Shown piece by piece: positions 57,077 to 64,000 of a stretch of DNA of 64,000 bases. The notes under the pieces were generated by a model. That model was not told the DNA's origin. It searched no databases and saw only the letters and a list, made by a program, of their open reading frames with translations. The stretch's first letter is position 1. Each line of letters starts with the position of its first letter. This stretch comes from Paramecium tetraurelia (lineage: Eukaryota). The translations under genes and the position numbers were made by a program. The stretch spans positions 124,001 to 188,000 of the forward strand of contig CT867985.1 of assembly GCA_000165425.1 (NCBI GenBank), in the 5' to 3' direction.

Positions 57077-59124
57077 ATGTTAACAAGAAGAAAAAGTTCT
57101 GAATTAATTGAACCAGAGATTGTTAAAAAGGTCAAAGGAATCGATGAGAGCAACTTGAAAGCATATATAAAAAACAAGCAAACAAGAAAAGTTTTAGAAG
57201 TAAGAATTTAAAATTAACAAAAAAGGGTAGAGGCATCTCAAATTTATTCCCAATTCAATAGTAATGTTTTGAAACAATTTACAATGGAGATGATATTATA
57301 GGGTAGGATAGAACAGGTTCAGGTAAAACTCTTGCATATTGCCTCCCAATTCTTGAAAGAATAAGAGGATTAGGATTAAAATAAAATAAAAATCCTTATG
57401 TATTAGTATTATTACCAACAAGAGAATTGGCAATCCAAGTAACTACTGAATTTAATACTATTTTACATAAAGAAAATGAATACAGAATTTATAGTATATA
57501 TGGTGGTACAGATCTAAGAAACTAAATTGATTAAGTGAGATAAGGATGTGAAATAGTAGTTGGAACACCTGGAAGAATATAGGATCTTTTGGAAAGAAAG
57601 GTTCTAAAATTAGATGAAATTCAAGTGGTTGTTTTGGATGAGGCAGATCAAATGTTGAATTTTGGATTTTAAGAAAATATTGAAAAGATCATGTCATATT
57701 TCAATGAAAGAAAAATTTAAATGCTATTATTTAGTGCTACTATACCTGATTGGGTAAAGGAACTATCACACAAATATATGGAAGCCAATACCAAACATAT
57801 TAATTTAATTAAGAGACATGAGGTAACTCTATTAATCTAAATATTTAGACTTAAACTTCAACAACTGTCAAACATTATGCCCTCTAATGTGCAAGAAATC
57901 AATTAAGCGGTGCAATAGGTGATGTAGTTTCAGTTTATGGTGGAAGACATGCAAGAACTATTATCTTTTGTGAGACTAAAAGAGAATGCAATGAAATTAT
58001 TTTGCATTCAAAATTACCAGCTGAAACATAACCATTACATGGAGACATTCCTTAATAATAAAGAACAGTGACATTTGAAGGATTTAAAAATGGAAAATTC
58101 AAATGTTTAGTTGCAACCAATGTTGCAGCTAGAGGATTGGATTTCCCATAAGTAGATTTAATTATTTAATGCAATCCTCCTAAAGATATTGAATCATATA
58201 TCCACAGATCAGGAAGAACAGGTAGAGCTGGAAAGGATGGAGTATGTATCACTTTCTATTCAAAGAAGGATATGGGTTTGATTGAAAGAGTGGAGAGAGT
58301 AGCTAAAATAAAATTCATAAAAATTTCTGCTCCTCAACATTAAGATATTATCAAGGCAAGCTCAAGAGATTTATAAACTAGTTTATAAGTAGTTAGTAAA
58401 GAGACTTGTTGATATGTTTTAACCTGTGGCTTAAGAGATCATTTCTAGATGTGATCCAGTAGAAGCCTTGGCTAGAGCCTTAGCATGTGTGAGTGGATAT
58501 AAAGACAAACTATAGAATAGATCTATGTTAGGATCTTTTGAGGGATATATAACATAAGTGTTAAGATCATCAACTCCATTCTAAGCTTGTGGTTATATTT
58601 GGAAGTTCTTAAAGAATAACTTTTCAGAATAGATTTGCAATAGTATTAAGGGTATGAAAAAAATAAGAAATGAGAACGGTGTTGCATTTGATATTAGTGA
58701 AGATGTCAAGGAAGAATTTGAAAATCAATACTAGGAGATATCACAAAATGGATATTGCAGAGGAATTGAAATTGAATAAGCCACTAGTCTTCCAGATATA
58801 ATTGAAGAATAATTTTAATCACATCAAAACTATCATTAATAACCAACAGTTTAAGTCTCACAAACAGTTAAAAAGGAATAAGAAATATTTATAGGAGGGT
58901 TAGATTTTAAGATTACAGAAGATGAAATTAAAAATGAATTCAAAAATAGAGGAGTTGAGTTATTCAATCTCAGATTATTAAGAGGCTAGGATGGTTAATC
59001 AAAAGGATCTGCTTTTGGAGTGTGTAGAACTAAAGAAATGGTATCAGTGGCTATAAAATAAAATGGAACTAAATTCAGAGGAAGAAACGTTCGTGTAAAT
59101 ATGGCAAATGAAAAACCTAAATGA
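57077..59124 (+). CDS. DDX21: Nucleolar DEAD-box RNA helicase (DDX21/DDX50-like, GUCT region) with C-terminal RRM; apparent frameshift ~58404
   Basis: [72 protein letters not shown] start, RRM IFIGGL / SKGSAF. An alternative in-frame start exists at 57005. Confidence 0.9.
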
Positions 59125-59299
59125 TAAATTTTTATATGTATATATAGTAAAATACATTATCTAAATACAAAATAACTACAGCATTGCAATTTATTAGAAA
59201 CTGTCTAATTTCATGTATAATATATTTTTTGAAATATGAGCACATTAGGGTTCTCTTAGTATTTATTATATTTTAATACAATTTATAATTACATTTTTA

Positions 59300-60094
59300 A
59301 TGCTAAAATAGAAGTTGGTTTAATTATAATAATAGCGAAAGGATCTTGAAGATCATATTGAACAACTCAATTAACAACTATAAGTTTATTATGATAAGGG
59401 ATACAATAAATCATTAATAGACGAAGAAGGATTTCCCAGATAGGATCTAGATTTTGGTGAACTATCTACATACAAAAATTTAAGAAGAGAATTCAATGAA
59501 AAAAACAATGACTACAAAGATTTGATGAAGCTTCTTGAACAAAGTATACCATTTTATAATGTTTTAGCAATGATATCATATCATTAGGAATTGTAAAATG
59601 ATCCTAATCTCAATAATGAAATAGAAGCATACACCTAAAAATGGAAGGAACAACAATAACAGTCAAAATAAATACAATAATAGCAGTAGTAGCAATAACA
59701 ATAACAATAATAACAACAATCAAGTAGTTCATAAAATTAGAGGAATGAATATTCCAAGTAAAATGAAAATGACCTAATTAAACCCTTTGCTTATTTAGAG
59801 GATGTAATCAAAGATTCACCTGCAGATAAGGGAGGTTTTAAAATTAATGATTTTTTGATTAGATTTGGGATAATAGATCACAGCAATCACAATAGATTAT
59901 AAAATCTTTATGAATACATAAAAAATCAATAGAATAAACAGGTAAATGTGAAGATCTTACGTTTACTCACATAGTAAGCAAATGTGACTAACATTGACTT
60001 TTCAAAAGAATCATATATCATAATGGATTTAACTATAACTCCTTAAACATGGAATGGAAAAGGATTATTAGGATGGAAAATGAACGTGATTTGA
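59300..60094 (+). CDS. PSMD9: 26S proteasome assembly chaperone p27/Nas2
   Basis: SLIDEEGFPRQDLD, NDYKDLMKLLE, poly-Q linker, PDZ-like PFAYLEDVIKDSPADKGG, TPQTWNGKGLLGW. Confidence 0.93.
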
Positions 60095-60137
60095 AATATC
60101 TAGTATATATTGTAATTTAAATATAAAGACATAGTTA

Positions 60138-63100
60138 TCATACCATGCTATCAGAATCATTTTTCTTTATAATTAGGCTTTATTCAACATTTCTTTCTGA
60201 AGCAGAAAATGCATCATATTTTTATAGCATTTTCATCTCATTTGACAAATGGGCAATTTTATAATCATATATCTGATAATTGGTTCTTTCTAGTTTATCA
60301 AAGTCGGTTTAAGAGATGGTTGAAGGTCTCAACTTCATAAATCTAGAATTAATTGTTGAAATACTTAAAAAAGGAAATGATTATGGTGACTATCGAAGTG
60401 CCTAAAGTAATGTAAATGGACCAACCTAGAGTAAGTTATTTTGATATTGTCATTTTATAGATAAAAGTCAATTACAAAGTCAACTAAGGAACATCTTCAA
60501 ATATAAATTTGATGAGGTAATTCTATTTAATAATTAGAAATAACAATAATTACTTTTATTGATTTATTCAAACTTTTACCAGCAGCATTTGGTATCAATT
60601 TTCTAATTATCCATCTATTTGGAAATACGCTAACATTATACGGGGCCACCATATCTAGGATTTAAGCTAAAGCAGCATTTCTTCCAACAGTGCAAAGATC
60701 AAAAAAGTCATTAATTGTCTAAGTAGATAAATATTTGGTTTGTAATTTAATTCTCTGGATTCTTCGAATTAGTACTTCAATGAAATATATTAGATAAATG
60801 GCTAAATTAAATACTGTAATAATTAAAGCAGCGTAATATAGAGAATCTTGTTTACAATTAAAACAGTTGATGATAAAAACTACATCATTGTATAGATCAT
60901 ATTTTGAGAGTTGAGATAGGGTGAGAGTAATCAAAAATTGAATACTCTAAGCATAAGATGAATTCACAAATTCTTTTATGTTGCTGTTAAACTTTGTCAA
61001 ATAATCCTTGCTATTTTCACCATTCTCTTTTAAATGATGTTATTCATCTAATGGAGTCACTCTATTTTGCTAAATGAATCCCAAAATGGATTATTTCTAT
61101 GCATCCTAATTGTCTTAAGTGTTTTCATCGATATCTATCAATTTAGAGACATGTGAAGGGATTAATGCCACTATTTATTTGTATAAGAGAGACTCAAATA
61201 TAAGAGTTATAACAGCAAATCCATAATATGAATAAGTTGCAATTTAATTTACTCCCTTCTTGCACAAGTCTTCTTAACTGTCTAAATCTTTGATAGTAAG
61301 CAATATTGGAGATCCAATACACATAAATAAATAGATTAAAGTCAACACAATCAAAAAATCAAAATACAATAAAGAACTCTGAAGTTTCTAATTTAATTAC
61401 TTAATTTCTAGAGAGTAGGAATATTTATTTGCATCTGAAACAAAGATTGATAACAAGAAATATAGAATTTTCTTAAAGAAAATGAGAATTTTGGACTAAA
61501 AGTTGATTCCATAAACTAATGCTCTAATTGAATAACCAATTCCATTATTTAAGACTCTTCTATGATCATACGAAATGTGTGAATATTAAAAGTAGTTACT
61601 TTCATATAAAACTGAATATATTCCTTTAATTGCTTATAGGGTTAAACTATTCTATATGATGATATGTGATGGTGGTACTACTCTAATGAATTTAACAATA
61701 TCTCTTTCAGTATNNNNNNNNNNNNNNNNNNNNNNNNNNNNNNNNNNNNNNNNNNNNNNNNNNNNNNNNNNNNNNNNNNNNNNNNNNNNNNNNNNNNNNN
61801 NNNNNNNNNNNNNNNNNNNNNNNNNNNNNNNNNNNNNNNNNNNNNNNNNNNNNNNNNNNNNNNTACTTTGGTTTTTTCAAGCGGTGGGAAAAAGGGTTTC
61901 TACTAAAGTTATTTTAGATATTTGCGAAGTACTAAAGAAGTCTTGGCATCTTTGATTGAACAATCCTGAAAGTGGATATGGATTGCCAATACCATTATCA
62001 GGATACTAGAACAAATTAAATAACTAATCCAAACAATAATAAGAAAATGAGTATTCCTTCTCAAGACTTAATTGTGGTAAAACCTATAAAAAGTGATTTA
62101 TAAAATTAAGATGGTAAGCACCAAATTTTACTTCATTGAGATTTTTCCAACAATCACAAAAATTGATTCTTCTCTACATCTTCAAAGTCTTTTCTATATT
62201 CTTCTACAAAATCCCAAATGATTAATTTTTACCTTCCACTTTACCCCAACCTGCATATTTATTTCTTTTAAAAGGTAAATCAGATACAACTTTAAATTTA
62301 TCTTTTACTGGAATAGTATTCACTTTATACAACAAATTTTTTAAGTGAATATTGTCACTTCTAAATTTTAATATTCCTATGTTTCCAAATTACTTAACCC
62401 TTTCATAGATAGGAGCCATAAACTATTTAATTTTATTTTCTTCATTTAATTCACAATCCGTAACATCTATATCTTTTAATTCTACACAAATATGAAAAAA
62501 GAAGTATTTGCTTAGAAAATACCATCCTATTTCATTTAAGGATCTATTTTATGAGAAATTGATCTCCTTCAAAGGATGCTGATAATTTAAACCCTATCTT
62601 TTAAAAAATTAGAATGCACAATTAGCAATCAACTTTGCAATATGATTCTTAATATCCATTCCATTTAAAAACAGATGAGTTAACATAGGTGTATATTCAC
62701 TAAAGAAAAACGTCTTACATAAAGACTCCCAAGTTTCTACTGATCCAAAGGTATCATTATAAGAAAAATTTAAACATTTAAATTCAAATACCTTCTATTT
62801 CTGATACTATAACCATTCTTTGCTAGTTTCAATCAAGTTTTAAATCATTTAGTTTGATAAATTAAGTTACACTAATTCAAGCCTCTCTAATTTGATATAC
62901 TGAAAAAATATCAAATAGCGACTTAATTCTTGGAATGCTTCTTCGTCAATATTTTGAGATTTGCTTAAAGTGAAGCGCGTTAAAGATAGAGGCTTTCCAA
63001 CATTTTCACAATATTCTTCTGCTTAGTTTATTAATTTAAAGATTTATGTTACTGTAATATTGCATTACACTAAAATAAATTCTTTTAATTTAGATTCTTC

Positions 63101-64000
63101 GTTATAAATTAAATACTTCGATATATACAATAGGAAATCATTTGAGATCTTTTTGTGAGAGCTTAATTCAAATTAAGCATTAATTTCAAGTCTAATCAAA
63201 TTTTTAAAATTATCACTTAGATGTTTATTGTTGAACTTTTGCAATCCTTTAAATGATTTATATTCAAGTTATTACCATTAAAATATCTTATTACTCAAGA
63301 AATTTTATATAATTTTATCCTATTCATCCTCACCTATTTCTTCCATTTTAGTTATTAATTTACAATTTAATGCAATTGATTCTGCATTATTAAACCATGC
63401 CATGGTTTCTTTTATATTTTAGATTCTTAGACTTGAAAATTTAATTTCTTATAAGGTTGTCGAATTTTAAGAAATATATTCTAATAATTTGGGAGTTAAA
63501 TCTACAACTGTTTTAAGTTTAAGCACATTTAACTTAGGTATACTATTAATTAAATCAACATTATCAAATAATAAGCTACCACTTTAAGGGCATTCGATTT
63601 CAAAATGTTGTAACTTTTAACTCTCTAACAGATATTTAGAAAATGATTGAAGGAATTGGAATGAATCTTTGTTCTCGATCTTGAAAATTAATTTTTATAT
63701 TAATGAAGTCCAATCGCCAAGATTTTGCTTAACAAATCTGTCATCATCTTTAAATTATATGGATTCTGAAATCTTTAATTATTTTATTGGAAGCTTTTGC
63801 CCAAAGATTATGTCCTTTAGGAATTGATTGGATTAATTTTAATTAAGGTATTCATCTACCCTTATGAGATGTAATTTAGTTATTTTTAATTTTCCTTCAA
63901 ATTTATCTAAAAAGTTGAGTAATCCCTCTATAAATCCACTTTGAGCATCAGCAATTTTTAAAGATACTAAATTATTAATAAATAATGAATAAAAGGATTA
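60138..64000 (-). CDS. Large LRR-like protein with C-terminal multi-TM domain; paralog of 32858-40156; 5' end outside window; spans assembly gap
   Basis: LSKYDLYNDVVFI, FEDVPQLTL, KFMKLRPSTISQTDFDKL in the TM region; LRR-like units upstream (RLELVQLNLSN, ELKCLNFSYN, VTHLFLNG). Confidence 0.75.
61714..61863. other. Assembly gap (150 N)
   Basis: Run of N characters. Confidence 0.99.

Noticed and set aside
61656..61955. Track ORF spanning the N run
   Set aside because: Artefact of the assembly gap, on the strand opposite the real gene.

Overview
This is AT-rich, gene-dense ciliate macronuclear DNA, very probably Paramecium. TAA/TAG read as Gln, TGA is the only stop, introns are tiny (about 21-31 nt, GTA...AG), and intergenic spacers can be under 30 nt. 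The supplied ORF track uses the wrong code and ignores introns, so it shows only fragments and shadow ORFs. I re-translated by hand and found about 23 genes: CK2 alpha, a cytosolic carboxypeptidase, a p24 protein, PheRS alpha, UTP20, a decayed MT-A70/MTA1-type 6mA methyltransferase, an Arf-like GTPase, a ~3000-aa Cys-repeat/REJ/multi-TM receptor, a claudin-like protein, two paralogous giant LRR-like proteins with C-terminal TM bundles, AP-3 delta, a compact ABCA, ProX-ProRS, a Kv-type K+ channel, RRP40, a DDX21-like helicase with a frameshift, PSMD9 and several hypotheticals. The most interesting item is absent from the ORF track: a spliced 262-aa gene (52106-52950) resembling only the C-terminal third of a piggyBac transposase, including an intact cysteine-rich domain. 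Its start codon overlaps the K+ channel stop codon (ATGA). All calls come from manual translation and motif recognition; no searches were run.
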